UHGV virus genome: UHGV-0350075
Reading direction: 5' to 3' (one strand)
Length of the DNA stretch: 53,531 nucleotides
From: a virus
Both the position numbers and the translations under genes were made by a program. The notes beneath the pieces are model-generated. The model did not search any database and had not been told where the DNA came from. It saw only the letters and a program-made list of their open reading frames with translations. This document shows, one piece after another, positions 18,601 through 27,584 of this stretch; positions within the stretch are counted from its first letter, which is position 1, and each line of letters starts with the position of its first letter.

Positions 18601-19140
18601 CGTTTTACTGTTGCTTGCTGATGTTTCGCTGGCTTTTGCTGCATCCTGTGACGCTTTCGCTGCGGTGGCTGAGTTTGCTGCCGCTGTTTTTGATGCCGCT
18701 GCCGCGTTTTTATCTGATTCAGTTTTTTGAGCGTTGGCGGTTGATTGCGCTGTTTCTGCGCGAATGTCGGCAAGAAGCTGATCCATCTGACCATCTCCGC
18801 CGAAATCTTCCCACCACTCGACGGCGGCGGCGATCTCTGTTTCCTGGCCCTGATAGTAACGCAGTGTTTCGGCTACGTCCTGAGCAAGCCCATCAACTGA
18901 GATCGAGTCAGATAGCAGAATGCTAAATTTTGTCCCGGCAGGGATGGCAGGATTAGCCGCTGGCGTTACTGATAATTCAGTACCGCTCTTAATTTCGGTG
19001 ATAGTGAAAATCTGTACCGGATTTCCAATGGCAATGAGCGTGCACCCTACACGGATGAGAGAAAGCGGCGCGGAAAAGTTTGTTCCCGTACCTGTAACAG
19101 TATTGCCGCTAACGGCAATTGTTCCCGTTGTATAAATCAT
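15685..19140 (-). CDS. side tail fibre protein with C-terminal intramolecular chaperone (S74-like) domain
   Basis: 1151 aa; lambda Stf-like Ala/Ser/Thr-rich N-terminal repeats; C-terminus SDRDLKDNI plus coiled coil as in endosialidase chaperone domains. Confidence 0.8.
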   Translation of the reverse strand: MIYTTGTIAVSGNTVTGTGTNFSAPLSLIRVGCTLIAIGNPVQIFTITEIKSGTELSVTPAANPAIPAGTKFSILLSDSISVDGLAQDVAETLRYYQGQETEIAAAVEWWEDFGGDGQMDQLLADIRAETAQSTANAQKTESDKNAAAASKTAAANSATAAKASQDAAKASETSASNSKTAAATSETNAAQSAAAALNYRNQAQGIVGDNIGLGASPRDCPDISGNPSGYIGFMRIRESATGFPSIASGEAYLTGFISGCDGSPTYTGIFQGWNTRSLYTYRWSSSIGPQWTRHVRKDEVSRLYNYTVETQLYAGESTNYLFISNAAWGARTESGPLPLGLNYGGTGGGNAGQARTNLEVMYEKKSDLGSTDINTLTGEYSGFYYQGLNVNATTARGYPVSSAGALLVIRNNANGNAGCTQLYFPYNATTGTFYMRQHIIQSSSSGWEWTAWKKFQSLDFTDSPQFTNLNLVRSSDVATTAGGILQSILNDASGAQRARARFYSEFRGDGKSWATIHLQSGDKNQYAGLSEDGDFSLNSGDFIGRRVRLTANFNYPVEISSAHPTIRFNETDRPSNTPYYSLIFDGGNWRIQKDGYDGTNTSYSMSYNYARDEIEVPNLKVNAIAVPTNLEQTKTNMQIPFAGIAHWVDYNAPTGAEAGKYYPVIVSHPSHYNGDFLVEVAMRTKSISGSGDPNCNAIHLWLRDGGWSDMGAAVFGHYFCYANNENAILCVRGTDKGQYPHNAIYVRGDAFPIRIAVTVGCTVTIPTADWKPTNTADSPTYKWGITNSSDGIDLDTYGISNNLLDFTSSATGFYCTDTYRNKYGDSYQVIKSNGTIQPANGVATYTDQDWNAQQSDNVSKFKPIAGQTNTPENNVVYGGFHVGFSGNYATQFVGRNSKFYARSFEGGVDKGWCQLATLNASSQRWTGYQQFKSTEFFSDTYTRKVTLAVANSAVRNGELYLWGAESRPTVFECKIKDPDTNASLSWIFYAQQNTDDSCHFQVNGAVNCVTVNQSSDRDLKDNIQVIGDATEAIRKMNGYTYTLKENGLPYAGVIAQEVMEALPEAVGSFTHYGEALQGPTIDGNELREETRYLNVDYAAVTGLLVQVARETDNRVTELEEENASLRANIAVMDERITKLEALVRQLTGSEK

Positions 19141-19185
19141 CGCAATGACTCCATTATGTTAATTAACGGAATAATTCTACCATTT

Positions 19186-19201
19186 TGTGATCTGCGTTAC
19201 A
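19186..19201. promoter_or_regulatory. CRP-like site TGTGATCTGCGTTACA
   Basis: 8/10 match to TGTGA-N6-TCACA, 45 nt upstream of tail-fibre start; part of CCATTTTGTGATCTGCGT motif shared with 26624 and 31524. Confidence 0.35.
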
Positions 19202-19299
19202 TTTTTGACGTATACAAAATGTATTTATTGATTTATGTCAATGTTGCGTAAATGCGGTTTATGGATACTACAAACAACGAAACAACGGAGGGTAAGACA

Positions 19300-19539
19300 A
19301 TGAAAGGCTTTAAAAATATCGCTATCGCTGCAATGGTTGCTGGTCTGGTTGGTTGTGCTGATATGCCGAAACGTGAATGCACGGCAATTTATCAAACTGG
19401 CGGTAATGAATATGTGGTTGCAGTCTTCGGTGTAGCGGACGCTGGCGGTCACAAAATGGTTAAGGCCGGGTATCCGTTTAACTTCCAGTGGGTAAGCGTT
19501 GATCACTTTAAGAAAACAGATTGCCCGGAATTGAATTAA
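19300..19539 (+). CDS. lipoprotein (moron; possibly Cor-like exclusion protein)
   Basis: Track ORF trimmed to ATG 19300 after GGAGGG SD; signal peptide with lipobox LVGC; opposite strand to surrounding tail genes. Confidence 0.55.
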   Translation: MKGFKNIAIAAMVAGLVGCADMPKRECTAIYQTGGNEYVVAVFGVADAGGHKMVKAGYPFNFQWVSVDHFKKTDCPELN

Positions 19540-20168
19540 TCATAGGCATTGGTTTTAATGGCGGTGATAGCGTTCCCGTGGTTGATGTAGCCAGTAGGAT
19601 TAAATACGCCGCCAGCCGTAACACCGTAGATTCTTGTGTTGCTGCCGTTATAATATGCGGCAGCATAAATTGATGCTGAACCTTGCCCAACCACCGCGCC
19701 TAACAATTGAGGACAAATTGCGTACGATCCTGAAAGTGTCTGATCTATATTTATACCTCCACTATTACCTGGTGAACCGACTGTAACAATGTCTGTTAAT
19801 ATTCTTGATTCATTAGTTAACACCAGTTCCCCTGAAGCGTTCCAGATAGCCATCCCCCATTTAGGGAGCGAAGGCGGGAAAATAGAAAACACATATACAG
19901 TAGCAGTATATGTATTGTTAGTATCCCTACCAAAAGCGCAAAGTATCTGTCCAGAGTTAGCCCTGCTAACGCTTGCTGTGACACCGCCTATACTTGTTTT
20001 TACAAATACCATTACAGGCTTGTTTGTTGGGACTGTAATGTATCTTGATGTGTTTTGCGTTGGTGGACAAGAAATAGCTTGCCTTGTGTATAGACACATA
20101 GGCGTCGCTTCCGGTGTAACGAAAATATTCCCGTTACTTAATCTCAAATAAGCTCCGAATGTTGCCAT
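19536..20168 (-). CDS. hypothetical tail-associated protein
   Basis: Track ORF 210 aa downstream of J; Gly/Ser/Thr-rich. Confidence 0.5.
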   Translation of the reverse strand: MATFGAYLRLSNGNIFVTPEATPMCLYTRQAISCPPTQNTSRYITVPTNKPVMVFVKTSIGGVTASVSRANSGQILCAFGRDTNNTYTATVYVFSIFPPSLPKWGMAIWNASGELVLTNESRILTDIVTVGSPGNSGGINIDQTLSGSYAICPQLLGAVVGQGSASIYAAAYYNGSNTRIYGVTAGGVFNPTGYINHGNAITAIKTNAYD

Positions 20169-20512
20169 TAAGCCGCCTCCGCAAATATAACAATTTCACA
20201 CTGTGATGCGGGCCATATATTGGCCCCTACTGTATTACCTGCCGATGAAATTGATACAGTTCCGCCAGAAATTGTAATCCTTCTACGCGTCGTTGATAAC
20301 GTACCATAATCAAGCGTCATGCCGTATGATAATTTGCATCCGGTAGGAACGGTAAAGCTATATGTACCTGATACTTGTCCTGAGGATAGTGAAATATAAC
20401 CAACAACTACTGACGGTTTGATTCCGTAGTTATTTGGATTTCCGTTAGCATCCCAGGTGGCTATGCCGAAAGTAGACATAATACCCCTCCTTAACAGACT
20501 AATACCGAGCAA
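20168..20512 (-). CDS. hypothetical tail-associated protein
   Basis: Track ORF 114 aa immediately downstream of J. Confidence 0.5.
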   Translation of the reverse strand: MLGISLLRRGIMSTFGIATWDANGNPNNYGIKPSVVVGYISLSSGQVSGTYSFTVPTGCKLSYGMTLDYGTLSTTRRRITISGGTVSISSAGNTVGANIWPASQCEIVIFAEAA

Positions 20513-20527
20513 GTTGGCATCTTAATT

Positions 20528-23500
20528 CTACCATGATCCAGTAATTCGACCAATTTGTACGCGCAACCTACCGTTTCCATCCCTAACGGAAATTGTTGTA
20601 TTTGTTAGTTTCATCGCGCCCTCACCACTTACAGAACCGTAGTTTTCAAATGTGCCTGATTTATCCAGCTTCCAGCCTGTGCTATTGGAAACATAGTTGT
20701 TTGATTGAATGTATGAACCAATTTTTGCATTAGTGATTGACGCGTCTTTAATAAACGCTTCACGCACATATATTGCACCATTTGTGACATAGAATGGAGA
20801 CTGATATGTTCCGTTTGCCGCAGTCATTAACACGAAGCGGTCAACAAGGAAAATACACTGCGATTGAACGTTAGTACCGCTACCAGTCAGGCCAAGTGAC
20901 ATACCTGTTGCGTATTTTTTGCCGTTGTTGTCGGTGGCAATCTTGATTGACCATGACGCATCAACGTTACCTTTGAAGTCAGTTAACGCTTTCGATGTCG
21001 TCTCGATCGCCGTGGTGTTCCCGTTAACTGTTACTGTAAGCTGATCAATTTTGGTTGATAATGCCTCGTCCGCAGTTGTCATGGTCTGCGACCATTCCGT
21101 GATGCTTGAGTTTACAGCTTCGAAAGACGCTGAGATCTGGCTGAATTTTTCCGCGCTTGATGCTTCATGCGTAGAAAGTGCTGTTGATACTTCAGATACT
21201 TTCGAATTAATCGTACTGGTAAGCGATGAGTTAAGGCTAATTATTGCGTCTGTGCGTGCCTTTGTCTCATCTGCAATAGCTTTGTCGATACGGGTCACAT
21301 TGCTTGTAACCTTGCTATCAAGCGTGCTGATGCTTGCATTCACTCCGCTGATAGCTTCAGTTCTTGCGCTCGTCTCATCTGCGATGGCTTTATCAAGACG
21401 AGAAACACTTGCATCTGTTTTGTTTTCAAGGCTGCTTATTGAGGCATTTACTCCGCTTATTGCTTCCGTTCTTGCCTGCGTTTCGTCAGCAATTGCTTTA
21501 TCTATACGCGTAATGTTGCTCGTTACTTTAGAATCAAGCGTGCTGATGCTGGCGTTCACTCCGCTAATTGCTTGAGCACGCGCGGCGGACTCATCAGCTA
21601 TTGCCTGATCAAGACGATTAACGCTGGCTGTTGTGCTGCTTTCCAGTGTGCTTATGCTGGCGTTAACATTGCTAATGGCTTCAGTTCTTGCCTGTGTTTC
21701 GTTTGCAATAGCTTTATCTACTCGCGCTATCTCGCCTTTGATGTTTGAGTCCATCGTGTTCATCTCTGCGGTGATAGTTTCAAGCGCTTCTGCTGTTGCC
21801 TGTTTTTCGTCAGCAATAACATTGTCTATACGGTCGATTTGCGCTTTAGTCTCACTGCGCCCTTTCTTGTATTGAGCGGTAAGAGTGACGCGCGTATTAG
21901 TTTGAGCAAGCGAATTATTGATGAGCGCAAGCGATGCGTTTTGTAGGCTTGCTTTTGTCTGTGCCAGTTCGTTATCGACGTTTTCGCTTGATACCTCTAA
22001 TGAGTCTATTCTTATCTCATGTTTGCCTATTTCATCGGCGTTTTCTTCGACTTTTTTATAAAGGTCTTCAGTGTCTTTTTTAAGCGCGTCTGTGTCTGTT
22101 TTAAGGTCATCTGTAGCTGTTTTAAGGTCGTCTGTAGCTGTTTTAAGGTCTTCAGTTGCACTTTCGATAATGTCAGTGCGATCCCCAAGATCCTTAATGT
22201 CGCTTACCATTTCCTTAAATTGTTCTGAATTCATCACGTCTTTGGTGACGTAATCGCTAATTTCATCAAAATTTTCTGTCGGCTTACCTGATGCTTCAAC
22301 GAAGTCTGACACGCCAAAAGCATTACGTGTACGCACATAAACGTAATAAGTATGGCCCGTGTTCATTCCGCCGAACGTCCACTGATACCCGCGCCCGGTA
22401 AACTGTGCCGCCGTGGTTATTTTTGCCGGATCTGTGATCTGGTTTTCCCCTGCATAGTAGAATTCATACGCTGTATCAGTGGTTAGCGTTGTCTTACTTA
22501 TCGGGTATACGGTCGCCTGGAATACACCTGGTACCCAGTTAACACCTATTGGCGCGGCTGGCGCACCAATAACAAGGTCAACGATACTTTCGGCACCCTT
22601 CATGCCAGTATCATTTCTTCCGCGAACCCCTAAAGAATACACGCCAGCGTCAATGCCATAAAAATCATAACTGTATTTCGTTGTTTCATAGCTTTTAACC
22701 ACCGCACCATCTGCATTATATATGCGGATCTCAAAGGTCATACGATGTGTTGTTGTCTGTGTTTCCCATGTGGCGCGGCATTGAACCGTTTCAGATCCAA
22801 TGTTTACCACCTTCAGATTTTCAATGTTCGGCACGCGGAAATGATTAAGCGTATCATTGTTGACCTCAAAGATTGCGCCTTCATCGACTATCGCTTGTTT
22901 GTTAGGGTCGTGCTGTGCGGCCTCGATGGTGTATACGCTGTTATTTTCGGTTTCTGCTACGCTGGTGATCCGACACAAAACAGGTTTTGCCGCTTCAGTG
23001 GATACAGCGAAAACAGTCCCGTTACGTATCCATGCCGGGGACGCCGCTAAGGTGATCTCATTTCCATTTACCCCGGTGATCTGGTGTTTCTTAAATTTGC
23101 CATCACTATCAAGCAAACTAATGGTATCGCCTGCGGTGATGTATTCCGAATCAACCTTATCGACCGTTATCACCTTGCCATTGTTCGCCACGATACGACC
23201 GCCTAAACGAGCGCCTGCGCGGTTATTGTCGAGGATCTCGATAATATCCCCTGGCGTAAAGTGAATCGCGTCACGTGCCATTTTAAACGTGAATTTTGAC
23301 GGCTCGCGTTTTGCTGTTTCTATCAGCCACTTGCCCGCGCGGTATGCTTGCCCGCGTGATGTGCACCCGAACGCCTCTAACGTGGTTTCGTTGTAACCAT
23401 CACGGGCGATCAGTTCATCATCTGCTACATACTCTTTTGATTGCTCCCAGCCGTTTCCCGGGTCAGTCCATGATACGATAACGGCGTTGTAGCATTCTGC

Positions 23501-24679
23501 GCGGGCGATACTTGAACGAGTAAACGCGCCATCAACGACATTTGCATTTGTAATGGTGGCGATCGGGTCTTGTGGTGCATCAATCATCACGGTAAGGCGT
23601 TGCCCGTCCCATAACGCGATACCCCTGAACATCCCGGCGATATTGTCCAGTAAGTCGCGGGCGCTCATTTGCTCTGTGATGTAGGCGTTAAGCGTCATGC
23701 GAGGCTCAAGGCCGCCGTAGCCATCATCAACCAACTGGTCGCAGTATTGAGAAAGCGTATATAATGCGCCGTCGTCAACGTCAATATAGCCAGCGTGACG
23801 AGCAAGGCCGAAACGCTCGTTTTTAACCAGATAGCGGAAGATCCATGCTGGGTTATTGGTGTACGCCTGTTTGAAGCCGCCAAGCCACAAACCGGAATAA
23901 GTGCGCTTTTCCGGGTCGTAGTTATCAGGAATATCAACAATCAGCCCGCGAAGGTGATAGGTGCGGGTAGGCGTGTCAGCGTACTGATCATGGTCAATTA
24001 CCGCGCCAGCTACAGCGGTGTGAGGATAAGACAAATTATCGTCGATTATTTCGCTGTAGCTACTCCATCGCGTATCATTCTGCAACAGATCGCTTGTGCT
24101 ATCAGCGGTTACACGGCGAACGCGAATATCAAACGGTTTTTCATCTGGTGCATTGATAATATGCGCTTCAAGATATTCTCCGCTGATCTTACCTGGGCCT
24201 ATAGTAACGTCTTTAACAAGCGTCCACGTAGAAGAAGACGAAGGCTTCACGTCAATCATCATCATAACCGATGTGTTATGTTGATTGCTTTGCTCGTCAG
24301 ATTGTACAAGTGAATCGACGCCGATATTCAGGCGAACGCGGTTTACGTTAGGATCGGAAACGGTCCTGATTATTGGTGTATCGTGTTTAACCTGTGCGTT
24401 AACAATAACGGTTGATTCAATGGCGTTAAAACCGTTAATCGGTGATTGATCTATCGTACCATTGCGCCACGCTACGCTAATACCGGGGATGCTGGTATTG
24501 CCGTTCGCGTCAGTTACAGGGGTGTCATTAAGCATTACGCTGTTTAATGGCGCATTGGTATTAACAGGACCATAAATCGGACCTTCTGAAATAATGTCGA
24601 GTACACGATAAAACTGTTTGTGATATAGATTATCGTTAATTAAAGTTGGTGTTTTTGCTTTGCCGCCGCCGCTACTCAT
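20528..24679 (-). CDS. J: host-specificity / central tail fibre protein (lambda J-like) with extended repeat-rich C-terminus
   Basis: 1383 aa; N-terminal ~900 aa collinear with lambda J as recalled (DIISEGPIYGPV, YHLRG, PAWIFRYL, SQYCDQ, GGLEPRMTLNAY); C-terminus differs. Confidence 0.85.
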   Translation of the reverse strand: MSSGGGKAKTPTLINDNLYHKQFYRVLDIISEGPIYGPVNTNAPLNSVMLNDTPVTDANGNTSIPGISVAWRNGTIDQSPINGFNAIESTVIVNAQVKHDTPIIRTVSDPNVNRVRLNIGVDSLVQSDEQSNQHNTSVMMMIDVKPSSSSTWTLVKDVTIGPGKISGEYLEAHIINAPDEKPFDIRVRRVTADSTSDLLQNDTRWSSYSEIIDDNLSYPHTAVAGAVIDHDQYADTPTRTYHLRGLIVDIPDNYDPEKRTYSGLWLGGFKQAYTNNPAWIFRYLVKNERFGLARHAGYIDVDDGALYTLSQYCDQLVDDGYGGLEPRMTLNAYITEQMSARDLLDNIAGMFRGIALWDGQRLTVMIDAPQDPIATITNANVVDGAFTRSSIARAECYNAVIVSWTDPGNGWEQSKEYVADDELIARDGYNETTLEAFGCTSRGQAYRAGKWLIETAKREPSKFTFKMARDAIHFTPGDIIEILDNNRAGARLGGRIVANNGKVITVDKVDSEYITAGDTISLLDSDGKFKKHQITGVNGNEITLAASPAWIRNGTVFAVSTEAAKPVLCRITSVAETENNSVYTIEAAQHDPNKQAIVDEGAIFEVNNDTLNHFRVPNIENLKVVNIGSETVQCRATWETQTTTHRMTFEIRIYNADGAVVKSYETTKYSYDFYGIDAGVYSLGVRGRNDTGMKGAESIVDLVIGAPAAPIGVNWVPGVFQATVYPISKTTLTTDTAYEFYYAGENQITDPAKITTAAQFTGRGYQWTFGGMNTGHTYYVYVRTRNAFGVSDFVEASGKPTENFDEISDYVTKDVMNSEQFKEMVSDIKDLGDRTDIIESATEDLKTATDDLKTATDDLKTDTDALKKDTEDLYKKVEENADEIGKHEIRIDSLEVSSENVDNELAQTKASLQNASLALINNSLAQTNTRVTLTAQYKKGRSETKAQIDRIDNVIADEKQATAEALETITAEMNTMDSNIKGEIARVDKAIANETQARTEAISNVNASISTLESSTTASVNRLDQAIADESAARAQAISGVNASISTLDSKVTSNITRIDKAIADETQARTEAISGVNASISSLENKTDASVSRLDKAIADETSARTEAISGVNASISTLDSKVTSNVTRIDKAIADETKARTDAIISLNSSLTSTINSKVSEVSTALSTHEASSAEKFSQISASFEAVNSSITEWSQTMTTADEALSTKIDQLTVTVNGNTTAIETTSKALTDFKGNVDASWSIKIATDNNGKKYATGMSLGLTGSGTNVQSQCIFLVDRFVLMTAANGTYQSPFYVTNGAIYVREAFIKDASITNAKIGSYIQSNNYVSNSTGWKLDKSGTFENYGSVSGEGAMKLTNTTISVRDGNGRLRVQIGRITGSW
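21240..22150 (-). repeat. coding tandem repeats in J 3' region (~108-bp units x5; 21-bp units x3 at 22088..22150)
   Basis: Repeated units RIDKAIADETQARTEAISGVNASISTLDSKVTSN and DLKTATD seen in protein and DNA; forward-strand shadow ORFs arise here. Confidence 0.6.
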
Positions 24680-24693
24680 GGTTATTTCTCCTG

Positions 24694-25224
24694 TTAACTT
24701 ACAACGTCTAAGGCGTCTTTATTGTTTGTTGTGTCTATGCCTAACGATCCGACGTTTGAACCTACTTTCATTTCACCCAATAAAATTGGCACTGGTCTAC
24801 CCTGGCCCACCCTGTTTTCTATGCTGGTGTAACTGTTGTTTGTTATGGTGTTATCCTGTGCGCTTTCTGATGATGTTTTCACCTTCATGTTGCGAGACAT
24901 GAAAATAGAAAATGCGACACTAACAACTGATATTCCGATCATAATCCAACCGACCACACCGATCCCTGCAATACCACCTTCCACTATTGGCGCAATAATT
25001 ACCGTAGTCCCATCTGGATATTTGCTATTAACCGCAGCGGGCGCGGTCTTTTCGTCGTAATCTTTCCCGGAAATTCGTAAACGCAAAGGTGTATTTAAAA
25101 ACGCCTTCTTGAATTCCTGATTCTGCGCGGTCAACAAGCGAAGTCCTTGCGCTGGCGTTTCAACGTTTAAACACACTTTGCTGTAATATCTTCGAAGATT
25201 GCCCGTAAATCTAAATTTGAGCAT
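24694..25224 (-). CDS. I: tail assembly protein (lambda I-like)
   Basis: 176 aa; position between K and J; C-terminal hydrophobic segment as in lambda I. Confidence 0.6.
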   Translation of the reverse strand: MLKFRFTGNLRRYYSKVCLNVETPAQGLRLLTAQNQEFKKAFLNTPLRLRISGKDYDEKTAPAAVNSKYPDGTTVIIAPIVEGGIAGIGVVGWIMIGISVVSVAFSIFMSRNMKVKTSSESAQDNTITNNSYTSIENRVGQGRPVPILLGEMKVGSNVGSLGIDTTNNKDALDVVS

Positions 25225-25898
25225 TTATCAGATCTCCATATTGAATGCGTTTGTCGAACATAAGCGGGCCGCATTTGCTCGCGGCGGCTTAGCAGTCCGG
25301 CATTGTCATGATGCAAAACAGTGTTATCGCCCAGGTAAATCATCGCGTGGCATGGGTCCGCGCCTTTAAACGGCTGCCGGATAATTACATCTCCAGGCTG
25401 TATGCTTTTAGCGTCAACCTGGAAAAACCCGTTTAGAGGCAAGTTTTTTAAATACAGGTTTTCACCACGCAACCACCACCCATCAAGGCGCTCGAAGTCA
25501 GGCAGATCCACGCCGCAAAGGTGATAGGCGTCGCGGAAAAGCGCGTAGCAGTCTGTTTTCCCGTGTTCAAATTTTCTGCCTAACAGGTGCGCTACCGGAC
25601 GGAATTTCCTGATCCTTCCGCCTGAATACAAAAGCCAGGGTAGTCCTGAAATAACCTGCTGTTGTCGATCCCGTGCCGACAATACCGGAATATCATCAAC
25701 GTGAGAGTGAAAAACGGCGGTTATAACGCCCAATTCGTCAGCTTTGATGTAATCGTCCGGCGAAATTTTGAAGCTGTTGTAGGGCGTTTCAGACACGTTA
25801 GCGCACGGGTAAAAATATTCGTTATCTATTACCAGTCCGCAAACTTCTTCAAACGGATGCGCGGCGGCATAACGCAACATTTTGTCTTCCATTACCAT
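25167..25898 (-). CDS. K: tail assembly protein (lambda K-like; JAB/MPN + NlpC/P60-like)
   Basis: Track ORF trimmed to ATG 25898; JAMM-like HSHVD motif; follows L stop by 3 nt. Confidence 0.65.
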   Translation of the reverse strand: MVMEDKMLRYAAAHPFEEVCGLVIDNEYFYPCANVSETPYNSFKISPDDYIKADELGVITAVFHSHVDDIPVLSARDRQQQVISGLPWLLYSGGRIRKFRPVAHLLGRKFEHGKTDCYALFRDAYHLCGVDLPDFERLDGWWLRGENLYLKNLPLNGFFQVDAKSIQPGDVIIRQPFKGADPCHAMIYLGDNTVLHHDNAGLLSRREQMRPAYVRQTHSIWRSDKCSNLDLRAIFEDITAKCV

Positions 25899-25900
25899 GA

Positions 25901-26605
25901 TTAACCTACCTTGCTGGAACCAGGGAAACAGGAAATCGGTAACGGATTTGGACGCGGGAAACGCAAACGACAACCGCTTAGACGGTGGCTGCATCTGTCG
26001 GCTTTAGGATCGCTTGTCGGCTCGTCTTTATCGTTTGCTACTGGTCCGCCAGCGTACATACACCCGTCGCCTCTGTATTGCCACTGGCAAACGTCAGCAA
26101 GGATGGTGCGCCCAGGGATAACGGCCTTATCAGCATCAATTGGCGTTGACAGCTCATATTGCACCTGATCCGCTGTTTCCTCGCTCATGGCCTCCACGAC
26201 GTAAAAAGATACAGCCTCAATAGATGGATCTGCATCTGGATTGCCGTTTGGGAAGTTAACGGCGTCCAGGTATTTTACTTCCACCTGGCGGCGCGTAACC
26301 TTCATTCCTCGCAGGTCGTTGAAGTCGTTATTCATCCCTGTGATTAGCCCGCCGATATTGGCTACAACCATTTGAGGCCGCGAATAAACGCCCTCGTTTT
26401 TCATTTCGAAGCCAGTAGCCTCGATCGGGTAGCTGTTGTAAGTTAATCCCTTCCAGATAACCGGGCCGTAATAGCCATTCGCGCCGGAATGGAAGCGGAT
26501 AACCTCGCCACCCAGGGGCGACAAGTCCAGTTCGAACAAGTCAATCACCGCGCCCACACCAGCGTCCACGGAATCAATAATCATCTCTGTAGGTATATTG
26601 CGCAT
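25901..26605 (-). CDS. L: minor tail protein (lambda L-like)
   Basis: Track ORF starts on GTG 26638 inside a regulatory palindrome; ATG 26605 with AGAAGGTGAG SD preferred; CxWxYRGxxC motif (CQWQYRGDGC) as in lambda L. Confidence 0.75.
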   Translation of the reverse strand: MRNIPTEMIIDSVDAGVGAVIDLFELDLSPLGGEVIRFHSGANGYYGPVIWKGLTYNSYPIEATGFEMKNEGVYSRPQMVVANIGGLITGMNNDFNDLRGMKVTRRQVEVKYLDAVNFPNGNPDADPSIEAVSFYVVEAMSEETADQVQYELSTPIDADKAVIPGRTILADVCQWQYRGDGCMYAGGPVANDKDEPTSDPKADRCSHRLSGCRLRFPRPNPLPISCFPGSSKVG

Positions 26606-26623
26606 TTTCTCACCTTCTGATTT

Positions 26624-26639
26624 TGTGATCTGCGTCACG
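26624..26639. promoter_or_regulatory. CRP-like site TGTGATCTGCGTCACG
   Basis: 9/10 match to TGTGA-N6-TCACA, immediately upstream of L SD. Confidence 0.4.
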
Positions 26640-26734
26640 CTAAATCATACCAAAATGGATTGATCGCGGTTTATACAATATGTATATTTTACTCAAACGG
26701 AAGCACAGTTAACAAAATGGCGCGGAGGTGTGAG

Positions 26735-26890
26735 ATGGCTGATAAGGTGTGGAGGTTGAAGGTATTCCTGTCAGGTGGCAGGGAAATGACTGTAGCTCTG
26801 TATAAAGACGAAGGCGAGGCACTGACTGACGCGCTATTACTCGCTGAAGACGAACGCGTTTTGGGGTACAGAATCGAACCTGTCAAATGA
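26735..26890 (+). CDS. hypothetical protein (moron islet A)
   Basis: Track ORF trimmed to ATG 26735 after GGAGGTG SD; opposite strand to tail operon. Confidence 0.4.
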   Translation: MADKVWRLKVFLSGGREMTVALYKDEGEALTDALLLAEDERVLGYRIEPVK

Positions 26891-26902
26891 GAGGTTAACG
26901 AA

Positions 26903-27250
26903 ATGCAAAAATATAGTCTTGATGTGTGGTTAAGTGGTTGCAAGGAGTGTTTCGGATTATTTGATAGCGAAGAGGCAGCTTTGGAAGAAGGAAGGATTCT
27001 TGAATGTAGTTTAGGCCATCCAGTGAAATATGCCGCTAATCCGGTGCAGATAATTGATGAGGTGGAAAACATGAATCCGAAAGATATTAACTTTAACGTC
27101 AATGTTGAATTTGCAGACTCTATGGATCAGGCTTGCCCTGGTGAAATCCACGCAAAAGGCTTCCCGGCTGACGATCCTGAAGCAAAACGCGAATACGAAA
27201 ATGCTGCTAAAGACTTCTGTATCGATAATTTAAGTTGCTTTGATAAATAG
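26903..27250 (+). CDS. hypothetical Cys-rich protein (moron islet A)
   Basis: Track ORF 115 aa; GAGAGG SD. Confidence 0.45.
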   Translation: MQKYSLDVWLSGCKECFGLFDSEEAALEEGRILECSLGHPVKYAANPVQIIDEVENMNPKDINFNVNVEFADSMDQACPGEIHAKGFPADDPEAKREYENAAKDFCIDNLSCFDK

Positions 27251-27258
27251 GCGGCAAC

Positions 27259-27507
27259 ATGGGGCGGCGCAATCACGGTGATTATGTGTACACGTTGAAA
27301 CAGGCCGCCCGCCTCATCGGTTATCATGAACACGAATTTATTGATTTGCTGATTGAGCGCGGGATACTGTATCAGGTCTGCTTAACGCTGTACCCGAAAG
27401 CGAAATACCTACAGGAAAAGTTATTCATCATCATGACGGATGAAAACCAGGTGAATCATTCATTCGTCACTGATAAGGGATTGACATACCTGAAGGGGGC
27501 GTTATGA
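27259..27507 (+). CDS. putative HTH DNA-binding protein (moron islet A)
   Basis: 82 aa; HTH-like YTLKQAARLIGYHEHEFIDLLIERGIL. Confidence 0.4.
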   Translation: MGRRNHGDYVYTLKQAARLIGYHEHEFIDLLIERGILYQVCLTLYPKAKYLQEKLFIIMTDENQVNHSFVTDKGLTYLKGAL

Positions 27508-27584
27508 GATGTGCGAAAATTACGTTATGGAAGTGATTATTATCATCATTGGATTGTTATGTATTCTGCTATCGACACTATAAA

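Noticed and set aside
18519-18926. Arg/Gln/Pro-rich ORFs (91 and 103 aa) within the tail-fibre gene
   Set aside because: Shadow frames of the Ala/Ser/Thr-rich coding repeats of the tail fibre; low complexity.
21240-22150. Possible CRISPR array suggested by regular repeats
   Set aside because: Repeats are in-frame coding units of the J protein (108-bp and 21-bp periods) with no unique spacers; no CRISPR array seen anywhere in the window.
21051-22253. Forward-strand ORFs (174, 80, 69, 60 aa) inside J
   Set aside because: Antisense reading of the J coding repeats; their repetitive Ser/Val/Leu composition mirrors the repeat period; not independent genes.
25901-26638. Track start of L at GTG 26638, and similar long N-terminal extensions for int (15420), K (25994), ninG (52000), connector (35292)
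   Set aside because: Extensions use GTG/TTG starts and run through regulatory palindromes, att repeats or terminator hairpins; downstream ATGs with SDs that match homologue N-termini were preferred.
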